Part shown: positions 37,728-51,969 of the stretch, in pieces
Layout of the letters: each line of letters begins with the position of its first letter
Numbering within the stretch: position 1 is the stretch's first letter
Assembly (NCBI GenBank): GCA_965113315.1
Contig: OZ220363.1
Reading direction: 5' to 3' (one strand)
DNA from: Podarcis vaucheri
Taxonomy: Eukaryota
DNA: 64,000 nt
Position numbers and translations under genes: made by a program
Notes under the pieces: generated by a model
The model's database searches: none
Told to the model about the DNA's origin: nothing
Seen by the model: the letters and a program-made list of their open reading frames with translations, nothing else

Positions 37728-39818
37728 TTATAAATATTTATAATATATAATTTACCATGAGAACATGCAATTATTGGTATAGCACCTATCATACAATATA
37801 ATACAACATAATAGGTCTTATAAATCATATAGTTTCTCAAGAAACAGCAGGTATGCTCTCCCTACTGCATTCCTCTGTAGTGTTTGAAACCTGAATGAGG
37901 CTAAGGTTTCACACTGTGCTACATTACTTATGGGAAACAATATACACATTTAAGAGTAAAAAAATTCCAACACATTCTGACAGAACCAGAGAAATTCAGT
38001 GCAGCTTCAATGCAGCATTAGAAATGTGTTAGCTCAGAGAGAAAATATTCCCTTTTCCATCCAAAGATACTATTTTGGCAGCAAACGAAGTTAAATAAAA
38101 CAAAGTTAAATTAAAAATAATTTATGCTGGCTACAGGCATATGACTATAGCAAGCAGATCAGTAATTTCCAAATTTACCCACACGTCCAGTATCCCCTAC
38201 AACAGGAACCTTTTTGGAGAGCTAGTTGTATCCCTTTTAAAACATCCCTATGTGATCCACCATTGATTTCTAAATCTAGCAAAACAAGTCATTCCTCTAA
38301 TAGTCATAAAATGATACCCATATAAAGTTTGGGAAAACTAAAAGCCACTGATCTTATTCAGAGGGAATGGAAGACAATCCTTAAACATGAGTTTTCAGTA
38401 TGTTGTTTTCCAAATTATAATGTCCCTAAACACAAGAATATGTCTGAGTAAGGAACTATGTATATTTGTATTGCAGGAAGCTACAGAGGTGTGGGCTTCC
38501 ACCCAAACCCCCAATAAACATGTATGATTACCTGGTTCAGATTTTGGTAGCAACACCTGCAAATTGGACAGACGTGCTCTTGACATACAATATAGGTTTA
38601 GGGATGTTGACATGTGAGGAATAGTGTTGTAGGTTTTACTATCAAGTATTATTTTTCAGATTCTTAAGAAAACAAAGGAATTGCTGCTTCTTTCTAACCT
38701 ACTACGTATGAAGGCTCTGCAGTGTCCTTTTAGTAGGTGGTGAAAGCTTCATTTATCTTCCAGATTTAGATTACATTCTCAAGTAAGAAGTCTAAGTGTG
38801 TAAACATTTTTGCTCTTCCTCAGTACAGTTACACTGAGAGGAACACTGTAAATAAGGTAGGTAAATGGACTAAACATCTCACCCCAATGGGTAAATTCTG
38901 ATCAGCTTTAACAGTGGCTCTCCTTTGTACCCTGAGAGACTATTGCACAAACAAATGTTTTAATTATAGGAATGCTCCAGGGTCCAAACTCTTCTGGTTT
39001 TCCTTCTTAACTCAGACTGTGAGCATCATCTCCAGATCCTTCATATATGATATGATGTAAACCTGCCATAACTCCAGAAATTCACACACAGATAAATGAT
39101 CAAGTTGTCCAAGAATCAGGATCTGAACAGCAGTTAATAGAATGTTACCAATCTGAAAATATAGGTAAATTTACATAAATGTTAAATTACATTGGTTTCA
39201 GTGGATTTGAACACATTTACTGCATATAAGAATGTAGCCCACATTAAATATACAGCGGTACAAGATGCTGAGTTTTTCTGTTTTTGCTTTAAAAGGAGGA
39301 ACATGGGCAGTGAGCAACTTGAAAACAGATGTGTGAAGCCCAACACTGATAGAAACTTACAGGAGTATTGCTGTTTCAAATAATGTGCTTTTTAAAAACT
39401 CTACAGACACGCACAGCTGAGTAGTACCTCAGATGTAATAGTGCCAAGGTGAAATTAATTTCAGGTTTGATAACTGAAAGAGCCTAAAACAGGTCATGCT
39501 TTTATATGAAATAAAACGTAAACTAAAATCTTATTAAAAACACTCACCTCCAAGACACTGTTCTGTTTCACACATCTTGGACTTTCCAGATGCTCCATCC
39601 CTGCCCTCTAGCCTCCCTGATCTGCTTGCTGCATGTTCTTAGGAAATGCCTGGCCACTCATATACAAAGTGGACCTTATAAATATTTCATCTTAATTTTT
39701 GTTTCCTTTGAAAGTCAGGATGAACACTGATTTTTGAAGACTTTTGTTTAAATACACAGTACACAAACACAACATGCATCGGATTAAGGGGCTTTGACAC
39801 CAGACACAGACTCAGTTC
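31800..39818 (-). other. TTBK2: Putative long TTBK2 3' UTR with distal poly(A) signal AATAAA (plus-strand TTTATT 31821-31826)
   Basis: AU-rich and poor in young TEs; U-rich terminal segment (TTTGTA, TATTTT runs) and a TGTACATA Pumilio site (31940-31947) just upstream of AATAAA. Confidence 0.55.
37690..37722. repeat. (AT)n microsatellite in the putative TTBK2 3' UTR
   Basis: Direct read. Confidence 0.95.
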
Positions 39819-40289
<471 letters not shown>

Positions 40290-42324
40290 TCAAGAGAAAG
40301 AGAAGTTGATTAGTACCATTTCCTCCTCCTCCAGTGCCATGAGAAGGTCTGGGTAGGCTCATACTCCTTGATCTAAGAACAAAGGCACTTCTCTGTGTCC
40401 CCCTCTAGCAAAAGTCCAAGGGGTGGAGTTCTTTTCAGTGGCAGCTCCCCATCTGTAGAATGTTCTTTGCAGGGAAGCTCAGCTGGCACTGGCATTAACA
40501 ACCTTCTGCTGCCAGGTGAAATCCTCTCTTCCTACGTATTTGAGCATTAATATCACTGTGGTTCCTGTGGAAATTTTAGCTATGTATTTCTTGGTGATCG
40601 TGCTTATGTTGTGTATGGGATGGAGTAATCTGATTAATTATAATTAGTAGATGGCCACTTTTAATGTATTGTTGCTATTTTAAATGTTGTATTGGTATGG
40701 ATTTTTTATTCTTATAGGTCACTTTGAGGTACTTTTGTTGAAAGCAATGAATGCATTAACTCTACAATAACTACTACTACAATGTGGCATCTTTACTACT
40801 TATTTCCAGGCCTGGCCTAATGTGCTACTGTAAAAGGACCAAGGCAAATCAAGAACTGCCTTATCCTACAGGAAGCTGTCCAAGTCCTGGAATCAACCTG
40901 AGGTCCCGCTCTCTGTTCCATCATTGAGATGGGATGGGTAGATACAAGGAATATAGCTTTTTTAGTGATAACACCAAAGAGGAAAGGCCTCCCTCATGTG
41001 ATCCAGCAGGCTCCCTCTCTTCTTGCATCTAGGCAAGAACTCATTTGACAAGCACAAGAAACTGAACCTTTGATGCCATCAACCCAGTCCTGTGGAATAC
41101 TCTGCCAATAGAGATTCAGCAGGCAGCTTCTGCGCCAACTTTTAAATGCCTCCTGAAACTATTCCACAAGGCCTATGTGGGCGATTAAGAATACATCCTT
41201 CCACAATGGTTAACTGGTGAATGCTTTTAATTTTTTAACTTTTTATGGTTTTTATTGCATAATTTTTAAGTTTTATTGCTGTAAACTGATTTGATTTTTT
41301 TAAATGACATAGCAGTAAATAAATAAATTGAATAAATAATACATAGGAATAAGTATACTGCATGCATTCACTGTAAAATGCAAAATCTGGTATTTGACAC
41401 CCAATTTAGCATCCTAAAAGCAACTTTTAAACTTCAGTAAGTGTGGCTACAAAGCCTATAAGAATGCAATCTGCATTCAGAATCTGTACAAGTGCTGGTC
41501 AGGACAATCAGGAGGTCTTGGCTATTGTTCCTCGGTGATAATTTTTTTGTGACTTGAAGGCAGCATGTTACAATTTCCTGCAGTACAAAACCCTGTTTAA
41601 CGAGAATCCGTAGCAGGACAAGAGGAAAAAGAGAGAGAGTGTAGCGCAAAAAGCAAGAGCTGTCTCATACCGTCTTCAAAGTCTCTGAAAAGCCATGATT
41701 CTCAGCCATAATCTGCATTACCTTGTAAACACCACCCAGGAAAAGCTTTTGCTTGAAAGAAAAGCTACAAATAAAAAATATTTTGTTTCCGCTTACATTC
41801 TGCTATTATGTCCTTTAAATATTTAATAGTCAAAGGTCCAGCTTTAAGAAAAAGCATATGATCAGTTCTTGGTTGAGTGGTTGGTTGGTTTTTGGGTAAA
41901 TTAGACAAGGAATGGTAACAGAAAAGGTGTTTCCTTAATGGCATTACCCAAAGATACATGATAAGGAGTGGTTTATATCAAGAGTCATAGCTTGATTTTC
42001 TTACTATCATATCCAGCTCACTTGGTGTGTACTCTTATGTCTTTATAGGCAATCCAGGTTCACTTAAATCTAGAAGCAAAATGTTTTAGAAACCTAGTGT
42101 TTTAAATTAACATTGTATACAAATGTTGTTAATGTTCTTATTCAGGCAATTTTTTTCTGAATTTTGAAAGATAAAAATATTCTGTATGTGTGTATGCACA
42201 TAAGCTTGACTGCAGGTATTTGGGGGGGGGGGCGGAGAGTACTTAGTGCAATTTGCATGGTATCATACAAAGCCTTCCCAAAACTGCTCAAAGCTGCTTC
42301 AAAGGTGTAGCTGTTTTTACTTAC

Positions 42325-43589
42325 CTGGCTTCTACTCCAGGCCTTGTTGGTGGTCTTCCTGGTGGTGGACGAGGAAAAAACTGAGCTGAATTTGAACTGC
42401 TAACGTGATCTGTGGGAGTCCAAGATACGGGTCTTGGGATTTTGCTCTTTCTGGACTGAGGATTGCTTGGTGACAAAAAACTCTCCTCTACTTGGCTGTG
42501 CAAATGAGTGTCCAGTGTCAGTTTTGAAAAGGAGGACAACACATCTTCAGGAAGTGGTAATGGACCAGCAACTACTTTTTCTTTCAGTGACTTGTCAGAG
42601 GCACTTGAGAGGTCACCAAGGAAAGATTTGAGCTGTCTCTTTTCTACAAGCAATCTAACCAAGTCTGTCTGATGAGCCTTTTTTAGAAGCAGCTTCTCCT
42701 TTGCTGAAACAGGAGACGATTCTGATGAGGAGTCTACCTCTTGTGCTAAAACTGGAATGCGACTCTGTCTAGCCACGAATGCAGATCTAACTAACTCCTT
42801 CTTGGATGGATTAGAACTCTCATTCTCTGAACTGGAGTGCAACAATTCTCCATTTCTCTGGACATTTTGCTCTTCTTTCCCCTCTTGGTGCAAAAAGGTG
42901 GCAAGGTTCACCTGTTGGCATTGCAATTCTTCAGCATGATCAATATCCCCATCATCATGGAAACCATTTTCTTGCACTGGTACTACTTGGCTTTCCTGTT
43001 TTTGAGCAAATGGGTCAGTACTTCTTGATAAAGAAACATCTGATGTTTCGGCTGCTGACTGCTTCTGTAACTCCTGTTTTGCATCCTGATTTGGCAAGGA
43101 GGAGGAAGGAATTGGCCTCAGTTCTTCAGGTTCTGTAACAGCCAGAGGACCATCCAATACAGATTCAGTGTTTCCTTGAGCAGTTGAACATGGTCCTTCA
43201 ATCTGTATTTCAATATCATTTTCATAAGCCACAGGAAGCTGATTCTCTTCCACTTTTTCGAAGAGATTTTCTCCTTGTCTCTTCATGTATTGTTCAAGTA
43301 GGTCTGTTTGGCTATGATCTTGGATTCCAACACATTCTTCAATACACTCATCCTTTCCAATTGCCTCTAGGTTTTGGTCTAACTTGTGTACTACATCTGT
43401 TCTACTGCCACTAAGAGTTAGTGCATCGTTTGCCGCTGCCAAGCCAACCAAGTTCTCCTTAGGAGAGGAAAGTTCAACAGTATGTTCCAAAAGCCGAGGA
43501 TCCCGGTCCTTCTTCTCTAGTTGCTGGCCAAAATGAAAACTCTCAGAAGCAGACTGTGTGGATGCCATTGATGGTCTGGGTATTGTAAC
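42325..43589 (-). CDS. TTBK2: TTBK2 ~exon 14 (SxIP EB-binding motifs SRIP/SKIP; Pro-rich CEP164-binding segment)
   Basis: VTIPRPSMASTQS...RQSRIPVLAQE...RKSKIPRPVSW...PRPPPGRPPTRPGVEAR; 1265 nt, phase 0-2. Confidence 0.95.
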
Positions 43590-43859
43590 CTATACAGAAA
43601 ACAGGAAGAAAGAAATGGTATTACAGAAAAGATTTTTATTGGCTTTGAAATTACATATTGCCATATCATATTTTCAGGTTCAAAAAGACAAGTAATAGAT
43701 AACTTGCTCTTGCACAACTACACAGCCCTATATTTTTGTATCTCTGTGCTGGGCCAACTGGTGCAATCTCTACTGGAAAAAAACTGGAAGACAACAGGAA
43801 AATTTTAAGCTGGGTTGTAAATTATGTTTGTGTGTGGTAACATTAACAGTCCTCATCAA

Positions 43860-44300
43860 AATCACTAATCTCCTCACTGCCAGCTCTACAGATCTCTGCT
43901 CTGTCCTCATCCAACTCAATCTTTATGTGGTGTTTGATACGGCTGACCCCCTATGACTCTGTTCATAGATGGTTGTCCTTATCCTGGCTGGATCACTCTT
44001 TCAGCATTTCCACAGAAATATGGTCCTCTTCCGCCTTCCCACTGTTTTGTGGAGTTCTTCAGGGTTCCATTCTTGGTTCCTTGCTATTCTCTTTCTGCAC
44101 ATTTTTTTTTTTCTGAGTAACTTCATCAAAATCTGTATCTCTCATTACCATGTAGAGAACGATGGCACTCAATGATACCTTTCTACTCCAGAACGTTTGC
44201 CTCGGCTAATCCTGCATTTCCACTTGCCTCTCCGATATTTACCTAGAGGTCTCACTATCATCTCAATTTCAGTATCTCAGTGACTGACCTATTCATCATT
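43860..44300 (+). mobile_element. Old L2 reverse transcriptase remnant
   Basis: GVLQGSILGSLLFS and a degenerate YADDTQ-like HVENDGTQ. Confidence 0.65.
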
Positions 44301-44845
44301 ACTCTATAGTAATTAACATTATCATCCACATTGTTGACCGGGGGTGGGGGGTGGGGAGGATTAGAATGATATTCAGCTAAGTTTTATTCAGAGTAGATCC
44401 ACTGAAATTAATAAACCTAACTTAAGACATGTTCATTAATTTCACTGGGTATACTCTGAATAAGTGTTATTTGAATAGTACTCATGGTTTTTAATTCTTT
44501 CCTTGCTAGCACGTAGGTTCTTAATCGGAAAATCGTGCTATTTCCTAAACTACACAGCAAAAATAAATATTTACATTTGTAACTGCTGAAGGTGACTAAG
44601 GTTGCATGCTTATGAGTTAGGAAATGAAGCTAAACAAAATGTAGCTACTTCTCACATCATAGGGCTGGGGGTTAGGTAGAAATAGTAAGTCTTCTGTCTT
44701 TGAGAATGACAAGGCATTCAGGAAAATAAATCAGCAACACAGAGATATAGGACCAAACAGAAAGAGGTGATAGAGAACAGATTTGGAAGCCATCATCATA
44801 TGGGTATTAGCTGACACTATGAAAATGATAACAATCAAAAATTTA

Positions 44846-45014
44846 CCGTATTTTTCGCTCTATAACACGCACCCGACCATAACACACACGTAGTTTTTAG
44901 AGGAGGAAAATCCATAGGCATGCCACCCGTAGGCATTCCCTCCATAACACGCACAGACATTTCCCCTTACTTTTTAGGAGGAAAAAAGTGAGTGTTATGG
45001 TGCAAAAAATACGG
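44846..45014. mobile_element. Second copy of the 169-bp CCGTATTTTT MITE
   Basis: 6 substitutions versus 30776-30944 by hand alignment. Confidence 0.88.
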
Positions 45015-45903
45015 TAATTTCTGACTTTTTACCATCTCCCATTTAAGTTATAGGCTTGTTATGAAAAGAGATTTTTTAGAAATTGACATTTCTATTTTTA
45101 ATCATGCAGTGGCTCACATGACTGAAGAAACGCTCATTGAAAAAATAGCTCACTGTCTCCCTCTGGTGGGCAAAGACTAAGTGATATTATTTAAAGTAGG
45201 AAAGATAGTAATGATTTGAAACAATGGTTTTTTTCATAAGAATAAAAATTAAGTCAAAACTATGATACCTAGTCAATACTTAAAAGAGGCCTTCTCATTA
45301 TCGTTAGAGATTCTTTTTAAAGGGCATTGTGGTAATAAAACAGCTTAGAGCAGCCAGAACTGCTGGTTAGCCTTGCTATAGTATAAGAAATCGGTGGGCC
45401 TTCCTCCCTACTCCAGCAACTGGAAAACTTTGCACTAAGCAACCAATTTCAAGGACCCATTTGTTCATGCTCAGGTTAAGCAAGGTAACAGAACAAAGGT
45501 CCTTCTTGCTGTAACAGAGAGACAAAAGCATTTCTTTTCCATCCCCCTAATTCCATTATCACCTACTGAAGGGTTCTTGGGTTTTGAGGCTGAACAAATC
45601 AAATTCAAAAGTAGTTTGAAGGGCAGCATATGCGCTGCCCCCCCCCCCCCCGCAATAATGAAATGCCTTTGGAGTTAATGCCCAATATTGTATTACTGAA
45701 CTTATTTATTTCATAAAATTTATACACTGCTTGATTGTAAAAAGCCTCAAAAAGGCTTACAAAAAGATTAAAAAAAAATCAAGGAAAAAAATACAACCCT
45801 ACTTTAAAACATACAAAAGTTAAAAGACTAAAACAGATTAAACTTTGGGATTTAATCACTGGTCCTTTTTATTTGAAATATGAAAGTTGTAGAGTTAAAT
45901 GTA

Positions 45904-46222
45904 CAGTGGTGCCCCGCAAGACGAATGCCTCGAAGACGGAAAACTCGCTAAACGAAAGAGTTTTCCGTTTTGGAGGTGCTTCGCAAAACGAATTTCCTAT
46001 GGGCTTGCTTCGCAAGACGACAATGTCTTGCGAGTTCCTGCTGGTTTTTTTCCCTCCCCCCCTTTTCTAAGCCTCTAAGCCGCTTATCAGCTGATAAGCT
46101 GATAAGCCGCTAAAAGCCGCTAATAGCGCTAATTCGTCAATGGGCTTGCTTCGCAAGACGAAAAAACTGCTAGACAAAGAGAATCACAGAACGGATTCTT
46201 TTCGTCTTGCGAGGCACCACTG
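45904..46222. mobile_element. Second copy of the CAGTGGTGCC MITE family
   Basis: Same TIRs, TA TSD, internal sequence approximately the reverse complement of 858-1189. Confidence 0.88.
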
Positions 46223-46416
46223 TATTCTTACAGTACAATCGTTTTCAAGGTTCTGGAAGTTACACCTCCACAGCTAAAGTCTTTTATATTTAATTTATAT
46301 CTTGTCTTCTTCCATGGTGCTTTCTTTCCCTAATTCCTTCCATTTTTCCACATGTCTGTTTATATTGTAAGCCTGCAGGTGGAGTTTACTCATTGTCAGT
46401 TTTGTTTTATGCTGTA

Positions 46417-46419
<3 letters not shown>

Positions 46420-46480
<61 letters not shown>
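46420..46480. repeat. (ATT)n microsatellite
   Basis: Direct read; a shorter (ATT)n lies at ~6156-6186. Confidence 0.95.
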
Positions 46481-47330
46481 TTAAAAACACACAATATTGA
46501 AAACAGTTGAAAATAATTTACAACCTCTGAAATAAGGTGGGTCCTTAAAATATACACCCCAGATATCAAAAGCTAGGTAGAGAGGTGTGTCTTCAGCATT
46601 CACCAAAAGCCGTGTAATGAAGATGCCAGATGCATCTCTATGAGGAGCTAGTCAGTAATCTGGTTACCCTATTTTGAACTAATTGAAGTACCCAAGTCAT
46701 TGTTAAAGTCAGCCCAACATAGTGCGCATTGCAATAATCTAATCTGCAAGATACCACAACAAGACCAAGTCATTTATGTCCAAAATGGGCTGTAGCTCGT
46801 GAACCAACCAGTCTAACACTTCAACTGCCTCTCTTGATTCAGATGGTACAGAAAGACAGAACTGGGTGTCATTTGCATATTGATAGCACTTCACTCCGAA
46901 TCCCCTGGTGACAGCTCCCAGAGGCTTCATATATATGTTTAATACCAAGGGGGACAAGATGGAACCATGTGAGAACAACTCCCATGGTGCTGAAGAGTAG
47001 CCTCTCATAGCTACATTTGGGAAACAACCCTAGGAGTATGAGCAAAACCTCTGAAACAGAGTGCCCCCCCCATTTCCCTGAGACATTCCAGAGATCAAAG
47101 ACAACGAACAGGGTCACACTCCCCCCCCCCATCTCTCTCCCGCGACATGTCATCCACCAGGGCTACCAAAGGCAACTTCAGTACCATGACCAGGCCTGAA
47201 GCCAGCCAGGAATGCATCCAAGCAACCAGTTTTCTCCAAACTTGTCTGATGCAGGACTACCACCACCTTTTTGAGCACCTTGCCCAAAAGGAAATATTCA
47301 TCACTGGTAGTATACAGTGCCTTGGCCTTT
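46480..47330 (-). mobile_element. Degenerate L2 LINE with reverse transcriptase remnant
   Basis: GSILSPLVLNIYMKPLG...CYQYANDTQ (YADD-like) and GFRPGHGTEVA, broken by frameshifts; (AAT)n tail near 46420-46480. Confidence 0.8.
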
Positions 47331-48846
47331 TGGAAACTGTAATCTATTGCCTCTACATAAACAGAAGGACTGCTGTTCATGGAGGAAACTGGAAACCAAT
47401 GGAGGCTCCCCAATGAAGTTTGAGGGCAATAAGGCAGCATTATTCATCCCCCCTTGGGAACAACTGCTCTAGTCTATTCCTTAGCTTTTCATTTAGTGAA
47501 AAACTAAATGTTCTTTCCTATTTTTATATTGCCAGAAATTTATCTGATACAATGTTTGCCATTTGTTAGACATATACTGTATTAGAAAAGTAAAACTGCA
47601 TTCTAGCCTCAGGACACAAAATATGATACACAGTACTATTATAGGTGAGCTTCTAAAATACATTATCTTTCTAAAAGCAGATCATATATATCCATGCTTT
47701 CTTCCATTAAATTCAAGGCTATCTCTTGTACAGGAATTGACCAGACTAAGACTTGCTCAGCTTTAGAAAGACTGCAGCAACATATGTATTAAGACAATGA
47801 TGGGATCATGATTTTGATTATAGTCTTCCCAGTAGCAATAATATTAAACCCTGCTGAAGTTTCAGCATTAAAAAAATTCAGAAACCAAGTGACAAACTAA
47901 AAGTATCCAAGTTCAATATATGCAAGTAAATCTACATGCTCCAGCACAGAATGCAGTGATGATTTAATCCAGTGACAGAATATGACAATTGAAACCAATG
48001 TTATTTTGTATATAAAGCAAAATGAAGAGCTCTGCTGGAATGTCCTATACGCACGATAGTATTTTGGTGGGATGGATTAAAATGAGAGGTTAAAACCACA
48101 CTGTTTAATAGTCATTTCATGTATAAGTTCCTCAGCTGCTATTAACAATTCTAAGTGCTATTATTATTTTGAACACTGGTATTTTTGCCTGGAAAGAAAA
48201 ATAGCTTGGATATTAGGTTCTCAGCATTTTCTATATTACTTTCCCCTATGCTACATACTCCAACCATTCATTTTAGTGCCCTGGGCAATACACTTTAGCT
48301 TCCTATTTGCTGTGGAAATACCTATCAGCTTTGTTAGTTCTATCAATTGGGAAATAAGACTCAAACACAAGAGTCAATATTTTTTTCCATCCGGTAGGCT
48401 AGATCCTGACCTCCCACACATCCCACGATGCACTTTGACAGCAAGTCCTGCATTGTCTGTTTGCACACATGGTTTGAATTCGAACCATGCCTGCAAATGG
48501 TCAGTCTTCCTCTGCAGACTAGCAAAGCTCTATGCAAAGCTGGTCTACAGAGGAAAATAATTTGTTTGCAGACACAAGCAGAACCCAAACCACAGTGACA
48601 TATAGGAAACTTCAAAAGAGCTCGCTGTCAGTAGAGTTAGTGAGTCCCACTTTCCAAGGGACAATCAAGAGTGCACTTTAAGCATCCAATTATTTCTTTT
48701 TGGCCTCATCTTTACCTAATTTACCCCAATGTCATATATGTTGTCAGGGTTGGCATAGGTAGGTGTGGTTTGCAAGAAATGGCCTTGTGAACCAAATTGG
48801 GATCCTTGTTGGGCCTAATTTGACTACAGGCTACAAGTTCCCTATG

Positions 48847-48849
<3 letters not shown>

Positions 48850-48918
<69 letters not shown>
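48850..48918. repeat. (CT)n(CA)n compound microsatellite
   Basis: Direct read. Confidence 0.97.
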
Positions 48919-48920
<2 letters not shown>

Positions 48921-49299
48921 TACTTTAGTATATTCATTTAAAAAAATGTTCAAGTCACCTATGCTTCCTGGCTGTTATCTACTGACACTGCTTTAACCTA
49001 AGATTAAAACTACAGAGGTTCTCATTCATCGTTTCTTAAAATTAAGAAATTTCATTTTCTGCATAGTAAATCAGCTTAATGGATTTTTCCTGCTCTGGCC
49101 TCTGCATATTTAATTAGTGCTTTTGTCTGAAGTTTACATCTCTTAAGTTATTATTTTTATTTCCCAAGACCAATGTTTTCAAAAGGTAAGCATTTAGAGT
49201 ACACAAGTCTACTTTTTGAGCAATGCAAAGTAGCTGGGAACCCATAAAACATGGCAAATGACTGACACAGTGTAGTTGCTTAGATGAAGATGCATTCAC

Positions 49300-49548
49300 C
49301 TGCTGAAGTTGTGCTTTTGAGATGCGAATGACAGGGGGGAACTTGTTTCCACTGGGAATGACAGGAAGTTGCCTACGGGCAGCTGACCAGGAAGAGGAAG
49401 AGTGGCTGTCTCCTGATTGACTCCTTGGAAAGCCAGCCTCTTTCACAGGGTCCGGGTGGGTGGTGAGGTGGGTTATAGGGCTCAGGGTACGGAGGATGGG
49501 ACTTGAAATTCTTGGGATGGAGAAATGCAGCATGTGAAGTGAGTTGAG
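49300..49548 (-). CDS. TTBK2: Candidate alternative (cassette) TTBK2 exon, 83 codons
   Basis: Long pyrimidine tract plus CACAG acceptor, CAG/GTGAAT donor, 249 nt, phase 0-0 matching the flanking exons, no stops; Ser/Pro-rich sequence. Confidence 0.65.
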
Positions 49549-50043
49549 CTGTGAGAACAACATGGCAAGGAAAAAAAGAAAATGCTTCAAATATATAAAG
49601 ATCACTTTATTTTGGTCTGCTCTCTGTAGCTTTGAACTTTTGTTTCCTCCAGTAGCCAATATTACAAAGAGTAAATACTGGCAGCCACGTGATGCTGATT
49701 AGAATAGACAGAGACAGAGTTATACTGTTGAGAAAGGTTAAGAGTTTCAAAGTAAGCAAAAGTGATGAAGAACTGAATAGACAGTGGGCTGTGAAGAACC
49801 AGAGAACTGAAAACAACAGTTTACACCTGGGTGGGTGGGTTAATTTTTTCCAAAATACTTCAGTATCTACAATCAACAGTTACTGGCCTCTGGTAATAAA
49901 AATAGAATTCAATAAAAGTTAAATTATATCAGGTAATTATTCAAACTAGGTGCATTCCTCATGTTTTTTATATTTCAAAAGTGGTTTTTGGAACTGAACA
50001 AGCCACTTTTTTCTTCGATAAAGGAACAACATTATTTATATTA

Positions 50044-50117
50044 AGGGTAAAGGGACCCCTGACCAGTAAGTCCAGTCGTGACCGACTCTGGGGTTGCAGC
50101 GCTCATCTCGCTTTACT
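50044..50117 (-). mobile_element. 5'-truncated Sauria SINE 3' end with 12-bp TSD TTATTTATATTA
   Basis: AGGGTAAAGGGACCCCTGACC...GCGCTCATCTCGCTTTAC; TSD at 50032-50043 and 50118-50129. Confidence 0.8.
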
Positions 50118-50150
50118 TTATTTATATTACATCATTGCAAAACCTTAGTC

Positions 50151-50388
50151 CAGTGGTACCTCGAGTTACAAATGCCTCAGGTTACAAATGCTTCAGGTTA
50201 CAAACTCTGCTAACCTGGAAGAGTTACCTCGAGTTGAGAACTTTGCCCCAGGATTAGAATGGAAATCGTGTGCCGGCACAGCAGCAGCAAGAGGCCCCAT
50301 TAGCGAATGCACGCCTCTAGTTAAGAACAGTTTCAGGCTAAAAACAGACCTCCGGAACAAATTAAGTTTGTAACTAGAGGTACCATTG
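50151..50388. mobile_element. Sister copy of the 14493-14723 MITE
   Basis: CAGTGGTACCTC...GAGGTACCATTG; shared GAGGCCCCATTAGC and GTTAAGAACAGTTTCAGG blocks. Confidence 0.82.
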
Positions 50389-50626
50389 TATTTTCGATAA
50401 TTCTCAAACATACCATCATTCTTGTGCTTTCTTAGCATGTATCTTAATTAAATCAAAATTGAGAGTTGTGGACGTTATTGAAATACATGCTAAGCCCTGA
50501 AAAATTGCTTCTACAAAGTGCAATTAACTATCATACTCTTCTTAAATTGACTGCAAGCAGGATATTATCTCTATGCAGTATTTTGATTAAGCTTCAGATC
50601 TCATGCTTTCAGTTAAAGATTTCTCA

Positions 50627-51265
<639 letters not shown>

Positions 51266-51678
51266 TTAAGGAAACATGATCAAGCAAATTAGGATTGTGT
51301 AAGCCATGTTAAGTGAAAAATAACAGGATACTATCTAATGTAGACAAATTAGGCCATTTGTTATCAATATCATTACATTTCTATTTCTAGTAGATGTTCT
51401 GGGGTAGCTCCTGTGGCATCCTCCAGTTGTTCTTGGACTACAACTCTCATCAACACTCAGCATGTCAAATGGCCAGGAATTATGAGAGCGATAGTGTAAG
51501 AACATATGGAGGGCACCATGTTGGCTACCCCTGTTCTAAGTAATCTTTTAGAAGTGGATTTCCCAAATTATATTATGAATTACTGGCTCCCCATTTCCAA
51601 AACCTGCCTTTACTTTCCCTGCATTTGTAGGGTCAATCATATGGCATGAGTAACAGTGAAATCTGTGCCAAATAACTA

Positions 51679-51969
<291 letters not shown>

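Noticed and set aside
48361-48545. Possible further TTBK2 exon after a TTTTCCTCTGTAG acceptor
   Set aside because: The phase-0 frame needed after the upstream exons stops within 5 codons
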